From Bacilli bacterium (GTDB lineage: Bacteria; Bacillota_I; Bacilli_A; RF39; UBA660): 64,000 nt of DNA. The notes under the pieces are model-generated. The model was not told the DNA's origin. It was given only the letters and a program-made list of their open reading frames with translations, and ran no database searches. Of the stretch, positions 50,623 through 60,449 are shown piece by piece. The stretch is taken from assembly GCA_017484205.1 (NCBI GenBank), contig JAFUTO010000032.1, positions 6,067-70,066 on the forward strand, given 5' to 3'. The stretch's first letter is position 1; each line of letters opens with the position of its first letter. A program made the translations under genes and the position numbers.

Positions 50623-50685
50623 CTTCTATTTCTATAATTATTATAACACGATAAGATAAATAAAAGAAGAAAAACTAGAATAAAT

Positions 50686-51036
50686 CTAGTCTTTTGGTTT
50701 AAATAGTAATGATAAAAAGAAAGAAAATACGATAGCTGAGGTAATGCCTGCCGCGGTTAAATTAAACATTCCTGTAAGTAAACCTATGAAATTAGTAGAT
50801 GTAGCTTTATCCATTGCGCTATGGATTAGCAAATGACCAAACGATGTTATTGGAACTAATGCACCTCCACCAGCCCATAGAATCATATGATCATATATAT
50901 TACATACATCTAAAAATGATCCTACTACAACAAATATTGTCGTAATATGTCCCGGAGTTAATTTAGTATTATCTAGTATCATCTGAGCAATAGCACATAC
51001 GATTCCACAAAATATAAAACTTCTTATATATATCAT
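50686..51036 (-). CDS. spoVAEB: stage V sporulation protein AEb
   Basis: 116-aa 3-TM protein homologous in pattern to SpoVAC/AEb. Follows spoVAD. Confidence 0.65.
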   Translation of the reverse strand: MIYIRSFIFCGIVCAIAQMILDNTKLTPGHITTIFVVVGSFLDVCNIYDHMILWAGGGALVPITSFGHLLIHSAMDKATSTNFIGLLTGMFNLTAAGITSAIVFSFFLSLLFKPKD

Positions 51037-52022
51037 TTTATTACCTCCAAACTTATAGCATGAGCTATACTAGGAATTGTTCTTTTTTCATTACACATTG
51101 ATGTATTATGCAAAGCGCCTGTCCCAATCATAAGTATTTTTTTATATTGTTTTTTATGCATTTTGTCAAATATATAACCATATGTAACAAGTGGAATACA
51201 TGCCGGTCCTGATGCACCTGCATATACAGGCTGCGACCCTCTATCATATAAGATACAACCTGCATCTTCATAATTCTTTAGTTTGATACCATATTCTTTT
51301 TTTAAATAATCTTTGAATATTTCTTTACCATATATACCTAAATCTCCTGTAAGAATAAGATCATAATAGTTAGTATCTCTACCATTAGCATTTAAATGTT
51401 CATATAGTGTTCTAGCAGCCGCTGGAGCCATAACCGCACCCATATTATATACATCTTTAATTCCCAAATCTACTACTGTTCCTATAGTACCACTTTCAAT
51501 ACGTATACCTTTCTTCTTAGAAGATATTAAAGCAGATGCTCCTCCAGTAGAAGTAAATGTTGTAGTTTTTCTTTTTGGACCACCATATTCAACTGGATAT
51601 CTAAATTGTTTTTCAGCGGATGAATTATGACTACTAACTGTGCATATGGCATTTTTAACTTGACCTGACTCTACCATATTAGCGCCTATTATTAATCCTA
51701 ATGTAGAAGTGGCACATGCAGCATACACACCCATTAAAGGTATACCTATATCTTTAGCAGCATAATTAGTCGCGACTAATTGATTTAATAAATCACCTGA
51801 AATATGTATATCTATATCTGATTTTATTAAACTACTTTTTGATAGCAATATATCTACACTATCTTCAATAAGTTTAGCTTCAGCTGCTTCCCAGGAATCT
51901 GTACCAAAATACAAATCATCATAAGATCTATCAAAATAACTACCTAATGGACCATTTGCCTCATAAGGTCCTGTAACTATAGCAGTCTCATTTAAGTAAA
52001 CATTATTATATTTAAAATTCAT
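51033..52022 (-). CDS. spoVAD: stage V sporulation protein AD
   Basis: Thiolase-like fold, N-terminus MNFKYNNVYLNETAIVTGP.EANGPL. Confidence 0.85.
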   Translation of the reverse strand: MNFKYNNVYLNETAIVTGPYEANGPLGSYFDRSYDDLYFGTDSWEAAEAKLIEDSVDILLSKSSLIKSDIDIHISGDLLNQLVATNYAAKDIGIPLMGVYAACATSTLGLIIGANMVESGQVKNAICTVSSHNSSAEKQFRYPVEYGGPKRKTTTFTSTGGASALISSKKKGIRIESGTIGTVVDLGIKDVYNMGAVMAPAAARTLYEHLNANGRDTNYYDLILTGDLGIYGKEIFKDYLKKEYGIKLKNYEDAGCILYDRGSQPVYAGASGPACIPLVTYGYIFDKMHKKQYKKILMIGTGALHNTSMCNEKRTIPSIAHAISLEVIK

Positions 52023-52023
52023 A

Positions 52024-52464
52024 TTATCCTCCCATTACTAATAATCTAAGTAAGCCAAATGTATATGCACTTACTACTCCAAAGACAATGACACTACCTG
52101 CTAATTTAAACATATTAGCACCTATACCTGTAATCATGCCTTCACGCTTGTATTCTAAAGTTGCACTTTGAACTGCATGAGCAAAACCTGTTATTGGTAT
52201 AATAAGACCACATTTTGCAAAATTAACTAGTTTATCAAACCATCCTAAGCAGGTAAATAAACATCCAAAGAATATTAAAGTAATTATCATATATGAACTT
52301 GCCTCTTTAGTTGATATATCACACATATATGAATATATATCTATTAAACCTTGACCCATTATGCCCATTACACCACCTATTAAAAAAGCAATCATCGCAT
52401 TTTTAAAGACATCTTCCTTTGGTGTATGTTTTTTTACTAAAGCACTATATTTCTTTTCATTCAT
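52024..52464 (-). CDS. spoVAC: stage V sporulation protein AC
   Basis: 146 aa, 4 TM helices. ...FLIGGVMGIMGQG... characteristic of SpoVAC. Confidence 0.8.
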   Translation of the reverse strand: MNEKKYSALVKKHTPKEDVFKNAMIAFLIGGVMGIMGQGLIDIYSYMCDISTKEASSYMIITLIFFGCLFTCLGWFDKLVNFAKCGLIIPITGFAHAVQSATLEYKREGMITGIGANMFKLAGSVIVFGVVSAYTFGLLRLLVMGG

Positions 52465-52515
52465 ATAAAAAGCCTCCTAACTTTATTATGTTAGAAAGCT
52501 TTTTATTTTATACAA

Positions 52516-53175
52516 TTATTTTAGATTTTGCCTTAATTTACTAATTACTTTTTGTTCGTGTCTTGACACAGCAACTTGATTCATACCAACCTGTTTCGCT
52601 ATTTCTGTTTGAGTCAAATCATACATGTAGTGAGCAAGTATTATCCTTCTATCAACAGGATCTAGTTCATCTAATGCCATTTGTAAATCTATCATACTAT
52701 CTATATCCATAGTAGCACCTATGACATTGTATAAATCCAGGTTACCATCATCACTAATAGCATTATCTAAACTATCTACACAGTAAGTACTATTTACTGC
52801 TTCATTATAGTCTTCTATACTTATATCAAGATAATTAGCTACCTCTTCATCAGTTGGATATCTACCTAGTTCCTGAGCAAGTACACCTTTAACCTTTTCA
52901 ATTTTACTACTACGACTGGATATTTCTTTACTTATAGTAATAGATTTATCTTCCCTAACACATTTACTTATTTCACCTAAAATATAAATATAAGCAAATG
53001 AAGAAAATTTAGTATTTTTACTTGAATCATAATGATTATATGCATCTATTAGTCCAATACACCCTGCTTGATATAAGTCTTCTATATTAGCATATCCCTT
53101 ATATATATTAGCAATCGAATAAATTAAATTCTTATTTTCTAATATAATTTGTTCTGTTATTGTATCTGTCCCCAT
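52516..53175 (-). CDS. sigF: sporulation-type group 3 sigma factor (SigF/SigG-like)
   Basis: Regions 2-4 present (QAGCIGLIDA..., ...LTQTEIAKQVGMNQVAVSRHEQKV...). Immediately downstream of an anti-sigma antagonist gene and upstream of spoVA genes. Confidence 0.65.
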   Translation of the reverse strand: MGTDTITEQIILENKNLIYSIANIYKGYANIEDLYQAGCIGLIDAYNHYDSSKNTKFSSFAYIYILGEISKCVREDKSITISKEISSRSSKIEKVKGVLAQELGRYPTDEEVANYLDISIEDYNEAVNSTYCVDSLDNAISDDGNLDLYNVIGATMDIDSMIDLQMALDELDPVDRRIILAHYMYDLTQTEIAKQVGMNQVAVSRHEQKVISKLRQNLK

Positions 53176-53183
53176 TTAATCAC

Positions 53184-53546
53184 CTATATTTCTATCATTT
53201 TCATAGCGGACATCTCATCTTTTATTTGAAACATACTAGATATCGAACTATGATTTATATAATCCTTGATTTTAGTATTACCACCACATAGCATACTAAT
53301 GCCATTATTATCTCTACACAGATTATAGTTATATAGTATAGCATTTACTCCAGTAATATCTATTTCAGTGATATCATTTATATTGAATACTACATTTCTT
53401 ATTTCCATATCGGCAACCATTTTTGTTACTTCCTTGTTCAAAGTCGCGATCATATCTTTTGTAAGAGAACCTTTAAGTCTAACAAACAAAATACCTTTAT
53501 GAAACTCTTTATCTATTAAAAGCATTCTTCTCACCTTCCTCCCCAC
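53184..53546 (-). CDS. spoIIAA: STAS-domain anti-sigma factor antagonist (SpoIIAA-like)
   Basis: ILFVRLKGSLTKDMIATLNKEV...IRNVVFNINDITEIDITGVNAIL matches the SpoIIAA/RsbV pattern. Confidence 0.55.
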   Translation of the reverse strand: MGRKVRRMLLIDKEFHKGILFVRLKGSLTKDMIATLNKEVTKMVADMEIRNVVFNINDITEIDITGVNAILYNYNLCRDNNGISMLCGGNTKIKDYINHSSISSMFQIKDEMSAMKMIEI

Positions 53547-53587
53547 TTTAACACATTTTTTTAATCAATAATATAGTTTCGACAAAA

Positions 53588-55246
53588 CTAGTTTTTGTTC
53601 CTTTTTTTATATAAAATCAAGACAATTATTATGATTATTAAAAATAAAAATGGTAATATCCATATATAATTATTAGGTATTTTTAGTAATGGAAAAGTAT
53701 TTATTGAATTACTGCATTCATTTAATTCCGCCGAATTATCTTTAAGTTTAATATTTATTAACTCATTTTCAAATTCCTTAGCAATTTTATTCTTTTCTAC
53801 TTCTTTATTTTCTAAAGCTAATTTCGTTTCTTCTAACTGCATATTTAATTCATTAACCTTCATTTTATAATCATTTAATTCAGTTATCAATTTATTATAG
53901 GAATCCACACTGTTCTTTGAATTAATACTATTACTAAGTTCTATAAGTTGTGATGAAACATCTATATTATCATCTACATTAGTAGGTATAATTATATCTT
54001 TTTCTTCTGATTTTGTACTAAGTTCATTATATTCCATAGTTATTTTTTCATAACTATCCATTAAATCTTCGTATTTTTTAGTTAAATCATTAATTTCTAT
54101 ATCAACAACTACATTTTTATTTACTGTTTTAAATGGTGTAATATATCTAACTTTATATGTGCCATTTGTATTGATATCTAAATTCGACTCTATATCAACA
54201 GGTGTTGTACTCATAACATAGTCTTCTAATTTTGATGCTTTATCATTTATTATAATTTCATCTGTAATAGATAATTTGTCTCTCGTTTTATACCTATAAT
54301 ATGTCAAACTATCATCAGTCTTTTTTGTATAATATTCAGTTGCTTTAGGCAAATAATTGACGCTATAAATCTTATTGATTTTATAATAGTAAAAATATTT
54401 ATCACGATATCTATACATAGATATTTTATTTATTTTCGTATATGCATTTTCTTCCATAGCATCAAACGAGATTATGCTATCTTCCCACGTCAGAGATTGA
54501 GTCATATTCTCATAATTATATATATATTCTTTTATATCAGTTAAAGATTCACTTTTAAAGTCTTCAAAAAAATTATATCTTAATATATAGTCTCTATCAG
54601 ATACATAAGTTATATAAAAATATTTATATTCAGAAGTATTATCATATAAATATAATTTAACTTTTATTTCATCATAATTATATGGTTTATCTAAATAAAT
54701 AAGTATTTGGCCTTCATTTTCTATATAAGAAAAATTTTCAACTACAACACCATTATGAATATTTTCATCAAAATTATCACTACATCCATCACATTCATAT
54801 GTATAATTTATCTCATTATCATTTTTATCTAAAATAGATATTTCTGTTATTTTAAATTTATCATCTCCACCATGTATACTACCTATATAAATTTGACTAA
54901 TTTTTTTCACAGTTTGATATTCATAAGCATCTACCTCTTCAATCTCTCTATATTTAGCAGTAGATGGATATTCTTTACTATATTCACTATATTCTCCATA
55001 ATAAAAATTATCTTTATCTAAGTTAGGATATATATCTACATTTTCACCATACTTATAATATTCTCCATCTTTTTCTTCATGATAATATTTATATCGTGTT
55101 TCCTTCTGAACATAAATCGTATCACTTGACTCAATAGGAGTGGTTGTCCATTCACTATAATCAGAATACTTACTATAGTAATCCTTTGCGCCTACATTTA
55201 TAACTCCTAAAAACATACATATAAAAACTAAAATCTTCTTTTTCAA
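53588..55246 (-). CDS. secreted, C-terminally membrane-anchored coiled-coil protein (552 aa)
   Basis: Signal peptide MKKKILVFICMFLGVINVGA, Tyr/Asp/Glu-rich body, coiled-coil segment, C-terminal TM ILPFLFLIIIIIVLILY plus KKRNKN. Confidence 0.4.
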   Translation of the reverse strand: MKKKILVFICMFLGVINVGAKDYYSKYSDYSEWTTTPIESSDTIYVQKETRYKYYHEEKDGEYYKYGENVDIYPNLDKDNFYYGEYSEYSKEYPSTAKYREIEEVDAYEYQTVKKISQIYIGSIHGGDDKFKITEISILDKNDNEINYTYECDGCSDNFDENIHNGVVVENFSYIENEGQILIYLDKPYNYDEIKVKLYLYDNTSEYKYFYITYVSDRDYILRYNFFEDFKSESLTDIKEYIYNYENMTQSLTWEDSIISFDAMEENAYTKINKISMYRYRDKYFYYYKINKIYSVNYLPKATEYYTKKTDDSLTYYRYKTRDKLSITDEIIINDKASKLEDYVMSTTPVDIESNLDINTNGTYKVRYITPFKTVNKNVVVDIEINDLTKKYEDLMDSYEKITMEYNELSTKSEEKDIIIPTNVDDNIDVSSQLIELSNSINSKNSVDSYNKLITELNDYKMKVNELNMQLEETKLALENKEVEKNKIAKEFENELINIKLKDNSAELNECSNSINTFPLLKIPNNYIWILPFLFLIIIIIVLILYKKRNKN

Positions 55247-55329
55247 AAATCATCCCTTCTTTCTATCACTTTTATCACCTCCTATTTATAACATACGTGA
55301 AAACTTTTCAATTTCCTTTTTTTTCAAAA

Positions 55330-55357
55330 AAATATATTTATTTTTTTTGCATACATT
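55330..55357 (+). promoter_or_regulatory. candidate sporulation-sigma (sigE/sigK-type) promoter with -10 CATACATT
   Basis: aaatatatttattttttttgCATACATTttaat upstream of sigK; spacing to ATATT is shorter than the sigE consensus. Confidence 0.3.
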
Positions 55358-55360
55358 TTA

Positions 55361-56068
55361 ATGAGGTGTATTATGTTTAAAAAAATATTAAAATTTTTAT
55401 TTAAAGACTTTTACTTATTTACTGCAGCTTATTCTAATAATATATTTCCAGACCCACTATCTAAAGGAGAGGAGGAAGAATGTGTTAGAAAAGCTGGATT
55501 AGGTGATAAAGAAGCTAGAGATAAATTGATTGAACATAATTTAAGATTAGTTGCACATATAGTGAAAAAATATGATCATAGAGCAGAAGATATGGATGAC
55601 TTACTAAGTATTGGTACCATTGGACTTATAAAAGGTGTTGATTCGTATTCATATAAACACGGTACAAGAATTACCACTTATTGCGCTCGTTGTATTGAAA
55701 ACGAAATTTTAATGCATTTTAGAAGTAATAAGAAAAACAATAAAAATATTAGTTTAAACGAATCAATTGGTTTTGATAAAGATGGTAATGAAATTACCCT
55801 ACTTGATATACTTAAAACACCGAAACCTGATTATGCATTAGATATTCATAATAAAGATAGTCTAAACTTACTTAGAGAATATTTTAATGTTTTAACACCA
55901 AGAGAAAGAGAAATATTAAATAAAAGATATGGATTAGGTGAGTACAAAGAAACTACACAAAAAGAGATTGCAAAAGAAATGAATATATCTAGAAGCTATG
56001 TGTCTAGAATAGAAAAAAGAGCATTAACTAAATTATTAAAGGAATTTATTAAAAATAAAAAAGACTAA
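55361..56068 (+). CDS. sigK: pro-sigma-K (or sigE-type) sporulation sigma factor, uninterrupted
   Basis: Pro-sequence ...AAYSNNIFPDPLSKGEEEE (compare sigK YVKNNAFPQPLS), then LIEHNLRLVAHIVKKY, IGTIGLIKGVDSYS, CIENEILMHFR. The pro-sequence could not discriminate sigK from sigE; the sigK call rests on weaker region 2/3 matches. No skin-like insertion. Confidence 0.7.
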   Translation: MRCIMFKKILKFLFKDFYLFTAAYSNNIFPDPLSKGEEEECVRKAGLGDKEARDKLIEHNLRLVAHIVKKYDHRAEDMDDLLSIGTIGLIKGVDSYSYKHGTRITTYCARCIENEILMHFRSNKKNNKNISLNESIGFDKDGNEITLLDILKTPKPDYALDIHNKDSLNLLREYFNVLTPREREILNKRYGLGEYKETTQKEIAKEMNISRSYVSRIEKRALTKLLKEFIKNKKD

Positions 56069-56095
56069 AAAAGATATCCTCAAAGGATATCTTTA
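56069..56095. terminator. bidirectional terminator hairpin between sigK and the downstream minus-strand gene
   Basis: AAGATATCC-tcaa-GGATATCTT with an A-run upstream and T-rich downstream. Confidence 0.5.
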
Positions 56096-56317
56096 TGGTA
56101 ACCAAAATAATAAATCCATAAATGCCCAAAAAGTATTTTTAAATTTAGGATTTAATTTACACAATTTAATAATTGAACCTAAAAGCAAATAAAAGCCAAG
56201 TAAAACAGTTATAAATCCAAATATACCATCTGGTAAAAATATGAAAAATAAAGTTAACATTAATATACTAATTATAAGTGTAGAAATATAGATTACCATT
56301 TTTTTCTTATCAGTCAT
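56093..56317 (-). CDS. small 2-TM membrane protein (74 aa)
   Basis: Two hydrophobic helices; ORF only. Confidence 0.35.
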   Translation of the reverse strand: MTDKKKMVIYISTLIISILMLTLFFIFLPDGIFGFITVLLGFYLLLGSIIKLCKLNPKFKNTFWAFMDLLFWLP

Positions 56318-56362
56318 ACAATCACCAATTTAATTGTATCAAAAAAGTAGATATAAATCTAC

Positions 56363-57256
56363 TTAAAAATTATTAGGAACATTTTCTTTTTCATATGGAT
56401 TATTACTTGTAGCATTAAATCCATCTGGTAAATAATCACTATCGATATATTCAATATAATTTAAATCCATATAGTAATTACAAAATATTATCTCTACATA
56501 TATAATCCTATTTTTATTATCCGTAATAGCATATACGAAACCTTGATATGAATCCGCTTCCATCGCGAGTAATGTATACTTACTGAAACCAGATACACTA
56601 TAGTATCCAATATAATCAGTAGAATTATATTTTTTTAATCTTTCTGTTTCTTTTTGATAATCTTCATCATTATAGTCAACTACTAAATATGATAAATATT
56701 GTGCATCCCATGGATTATAATAAACCATTTTATAATCTATAACATTCATATCATCTGTTATAGTTTTTGGAAATATATCTTCATTCATACCCCATTTATT
56801 TTGATACTCAGTTATAGCGTTAGGGCCCATATAATCATTGTATTTAGAAACATCTGTATTCTCTTCTATTTTAGCTGACGTGAATGAAATATAAATAAAT
56901 CCTATAAGAATAAACATTTGAATTAACCATACTCCTATAATAGCAAGAATGGCAAGAATAACATTTTTTTGAGTTTTCATTTTTTTATATTCTTTTAATA
57001 CATTAACCAAATTGTCATCATATTCCTCAATAATTTTATCTTTCTTTATCTTTTCTCCATTAAGTAAATCATTTACTGTAATACCTAATATATTACATAA
57101 ATCTTTAAGAATAGAATAATCAGGCATATTACTACCTGTTTCCCATCTACTTATTGTTTTTACTGAAACACCTAGTTTTTCACCTAATTCTTCTTGAGTC
57201 AAATTTTTTTCTTTTCTTAAAGTAGCTATAAAAGATCCTATTTTCTTTTGATCCAT
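56363..57256 (-). CDS. membrane-anchored XRE-family HTH regulator (HTH, TM, extracellular domain)
   Basis: GGAGGG RBS plus ATG at 57254-57256. LRKEKNLTQEELGEKLGVSVKTISRWETG HTH, one TM (ILAILAIIGVWLIQMFILIGFIYI), 170-aa C-terminal domain. Confidence 0.55.
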   Translation of the reverse strand: MDQKKIGSFIATLRKEKNLTQEELGEKLGVSVKTISRWETGSNMPDYSILKDLCNILGITVNDLLNGEKIKKDKIIEEYDDNLVNVLKEYKKMKTQKNVILAILAIIGVWLIQMFILIGFIYISFTSAKIEENTDVSKYNDYMGPNAITEYQNKWGMNEDIFPKTITDDMNVIDYKMVYYNPWDAQYLSYLVVDYNDEDYQKETERLKKYNSTDYIGYYSVSGFSKYTLLAMEADSYQGFVYAITDNKNRIIYVEIIFCNYYMDLNYIEYIDSDYLPDGFNATSNNPYEKENVPNNF

Positions 57257-57356
57257 ATAAATCCCTCCATATTCAAGATAAATTATATACAATTTTTATT
57301 AAAGGACATAAAACGAGAATTAATATATAGCTATATTATACCATAAGAAAAAGACA

Positions 57357-58091
57357 TTATTGTCTTTCTTCCTTTTTATTAAGAATTCTTTGATCTCTTT
57401 CATATTTATCTACTTCATATTCATTATCACGTTGTTTCTTATCCCATACATACCATATGACATAACCCAAATCCTCTAAACTGATATCAAAATCCCATAG
57501 TTTAGGATCATCGCCTTTTATAGCTTTAAAAAAATATTCTTTTCCACGCGCAATAACACCTCTTCTTGTGTATAGGAAAGTATCTGAAGAACAAAAGCCA
57601 TCTTCATCTACACATAAGTTAAAGAATTTCTCATCATCTAAAAAGTCCATTAATTCTTCTAAGCATTCATCAAACATGAAAGTATATTCATCATCAACTG
57701 AAGCTAAATAATCTATTAATGGTTCTAAGGCGTCACTATCATCTTTTTTAGTAAAATCACATTTACTTATAATATTCCAAAATTCATTATATCTACGAAA
57801 ATGAACTGGCGAATAACACGTTTCATGTTTTAATTCATAAGCCTTATGAGATACTTCACTTAATATTCTTTTTTCATCATCTTCTAAATCATCATAAATT
57901 TCATCTAAATATTCATCAAAAAGATAGATATCTTCATCATCCATATTAGTTAAACGTGAAACTAATGGTTTTATCCTTTCTTCATCTGTTTTAGCTTTAT
58001 CATCTATTATTCTTATCAGTTGTAAAAAAGTTTCTTTATCCATATTATCATCCCTTATTAGTATTATATAATAAATTTTAAGAGAATGCAC
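57357..58091 (-). CDS. hypothetical acidic protein with internal duplicated D/E-rich motif
   Basis: Repeats DEDIYLFDEYLDEIYDDLEDDEKRIL / DDEYTFMFDECLEELMDFLDDEKFF. Start ambiguous (GTG 58091 or ATG 58043). Confidence 0.35.
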   Translation of the reverse strand: MHSLKIYYIILIRDDNMDKETFLQLIRIIDDKAKTDEERIKPLVSRLTNMDDEDIYLFDEYLDEIYDDLEDDEKRILSEVSHKAYELKHETCYSPVHFRRYNEFWNIISKCDFTKKDDSDALEPLIDYLASVDDEYTFMFDECLEELMDFLDDEKFFNLCVDEDGFCSSDTFLYTRRGVIARGKEYFFKAIKGDDPKLWDFDISLEDLGYVIWYVWDKKQRDNEYEVDKYERDQRILNKKEERQ

Positions 58092-58519
58092 TAATCATTT
58101 AGATTAGCACATTCCCCTTCAATATCTCTTACTAATATACCATAATAGTTACCTAGTAAGATTAACCCGTGTTCCATATAACCAGTTGTTATATTATATG
58201 AAGCTACATATATATATTTATCTTCAGTAATATCACCTAGATACCATTCATCTTCATATTTACTCACATATAACATATCTAAAACATTTCCATATGGCGT
58301 ACTAGATAAAATACTATAGTATACTAATGCATCATGTTTATCTTCATATTCATTAATTATAGGTAAAATTATGTCATTATCTAAAGTTGTCCTATTAGAA
58401 AAGCACCTCCTATCATTTTTAAATTTAGTAATAACCTCCGAATTAATATGAAGCTTTTTAATAATTTCTTCAAATCTTTTTATCGCTTCATTATATTGTC
58501 TTTCTTTTAAATTATCCAT
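58091..58519 (-). CDS. hypothetical protein (142 aa)
   Basis: ORF; stop overlaps the next gene's start. Confidence 0.35.
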   Translation of the reverse strand: MDNLKERQYNEAIKRFEEIIKKLHINSEVITKFKNDRRCFSNRTTLDNDIILPIINEYEDKHDALVYYSILSSTPYGNVLDMLYVSKYEDEWYLGDITEDKYIYVASYNITTGYMEHGLILLGNYYGILVRDIEGECANLND

Positions 58520-58627
58520 TAGAACTCCTTTCTATAGATAGTATATAACATATTTGTATCACATAAAACTAAACTGGTCATAAAATGTGGATTAGTTAAA
58601 ATTTAAAAAAGATTGAAATCAATCTTT

Positions 58628-60106
58628 TTATTTATCTTTTCGTGCTTTTTCCCTATATCTATCCATATCTCTTTGATATTCATTTTCAGCGTCAACGCCG
58701 CCATATCTAATTCTATTATCTGAATTACGCATAGATATAGCTTTTTGTTCAATATCAATATCCTTAACATCTTCTTTTAATAAATCAAGTTTTTCTTCAT
58801 TTTTTGATATTTGTGAATAAACATCTTTAAGATTTTTTCTATTTTCTTCCTGCATTTGATTAATTACATCTTTACTCTTTTCAGCTTCTGTAGAAGCATA
58901 TTCTTTTACATCATCAACTTGTTTTTGGAAATCAGTATAAGCTTTTTCTTGTTCATAAAGGTTAATACATTCTTTAAGTGTATCACATCTACCTTTTTGT
59001 AAATACTTTTTAAACAATAGTATTATATCAGTTTCTAGATAATCTTCATGAATGGACATAATTTTTACTTCTTTTATAGATTCGTTTAATTGCTCACCTA
59101 TTTGTTTTTGTTTCTTTTGTTCATTAACTAATTTTTTATCAAGATCTTTAATATTATTTTCGATTTCATGTTTTGTCTTTACGTATTCATCTTTGTAATG
59201 CTTTTCTTTTATTTCTTTATCTTTTAAATATTTATTATATTCTTCTTCATATTTTTCTTCTAATGTATTTAACTCATTTGTTTTACGTTTACTATTTATA
59301 AAATGCACGATAATAGTTTTAATAATATATAAAACTATACTACTTATAATTGCTAAAGCAATAATTCGAATAACACCAGCAAACACAATGTAATTAATTC
59401 CATTGCCAAATATTATAGCTATTCCCATCAAAAGAAGAATTCCACCTAGAATAGGAAGTCCCATGCAAAGTAATCCTATCAGTATAAATAAGGCTGAAAA
59501 TATTGTTCCTATAACATCTTCTATATCGCCATCTTCATACATCTCAATTTTCCCTTTATCAATAATAGAAGCATGGTGGTAATAATCAATACCTATTTTA
59601 TCATGTGCCCTAGCATATTCAACATAAGTTCCTTGGAATGGAATAGGAACATCATTTTCATCATAGTCTTCTGCAGAATATTCAAAATTTTTAATAAAAC
59701 TTGGATATTTTTCTTCTAATTTCGATTCTAATTTTACATAGTATTCATGACGTTTAGCATCATCATCAAGAGTAGTTAATGTATTTATCATCATAACAGA
59801 AACGATTATAATAGCTAAAACATATCCAATAATAAACCATCCTATAATATGTTTCTTTGAATCTCGTTTTATAGTTTTATGTAATTTTATATATTCTTCT
59901 TTTGATACAAACTTTTCTACTTGTTCTACCTTTAAATTATTTAATCTATTTTTTTCACTTTCAATTTCATCATTAATGTTTGAAATATTTTCTAAAGAAT
60001 TTAAATATTGCTTTTTTATTTTATCCCTTAATAAAATTTTATTATAAACTTCATCTAACGCTTTCTCTAAATTACTATTTTTAAGTTTACTCAAATCTTT
60101 ACCCAT
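58628..60106 (-). CDS. multi-TM membrane protein flanked by long coiled-coil segments (492 aa)
   Basis: AAAGGAG RBS. Central 5 hydrophobic helices (IIGWFIIGYVLAIIIVSV..., FSALFILIGLLCMGLPILGGILLLMGIAIIF...). Heptad-rich N- and C-terminal parts. Confidence 0.4.
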   Translation of the reverse strand: MGKDLSKLKNSNLEKALDEVYNKILLRDKIKKQYLNSLENISNINDEIESEKNRLNNLKVEQVEKFVSKEEYIKLHKTIKRDSKKHIIGWFIIGYVLAIIIVSVMMINTLTTLDDDAKRHEYYVKLESKLEEKYPSFIKNFEYSAEDYDENDVPIPFQGTYVEYARAHDKIGIDYYHHASIIDKGKIEMYEDGDIEDVIGTIFSALFILIGLLCMGLPILGGILLLMGIAIIFGNGINYIVFAGVIRIIALAIISSIVLYIIKTIIVHFINSKRKTNELNTLEEKYEEEYNKYLKDKEIKEKHYKDEYVKTKHEIENNIKDLDKKLVNEQKKQKQIGEQLNESIKEVKIMSIHEDYLETDIILLFKKYLQKGRCDTLKECINLYEQEKAYTDFQKQVDDVKEYASTEAEKSKDVINQMQEENRKNLKDVYSQISKNEEKLDLLKEDVKDIDIEQKAISMRNSDNRIRYGGVDAENEYQRDMDRYREKARKDK

Positions 60107-60160
60107 AACTACTCCTTTTAATCATTAATATATCTACTTATATTGGTATTATATCACATA

Positions 60161-60400
60161 TTAATTTTCATTAATATAAGTTTTTAACTTTCTTATAGCT
60201 TTTTCTTCTATTTGATGAATTCTTTCCCTAGATAAATTTAAAATAACACTTACTTTATCTAATGATTTATATTCTTCATCTTTAAGACCATATTTTATTT
60301 CTAAAACTTTCATTTCACTATTTGCAAGGCAAGAAAAATCATCTTCTTTTATACATCTTAATATTTTACCCATTTCATATTCTCTTTTTGATATATTCAT
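60161..60400 (-). CDS. stand-alone sigma-70 region-4-like HTH protein (79 aa)
   Basis: AAGGAGA RBS plus ATG at 60398-60400. ...SEMKVLEIKYGLKDEEYKSLDKVSVILNLSRERIHQIEEKAIRKL matches the sigma-70 region 4 pattern (L.LRFGL...TL.EVG....VTRERIRQIE.KAL.KL). Confidence 0.5.
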   Translation of the reverse strand: MNISKREYEMGKILRCIKEDDFSCLANSEMKVLEIKYGLKDEEYKSLDKVSVILNLSRERIHQIEEKAIRKLKTYINEN

Positions 60401-60449
60401 AATATTCTCCTTATTTTCATTTATAAATATCATAATAATTAATAATATT

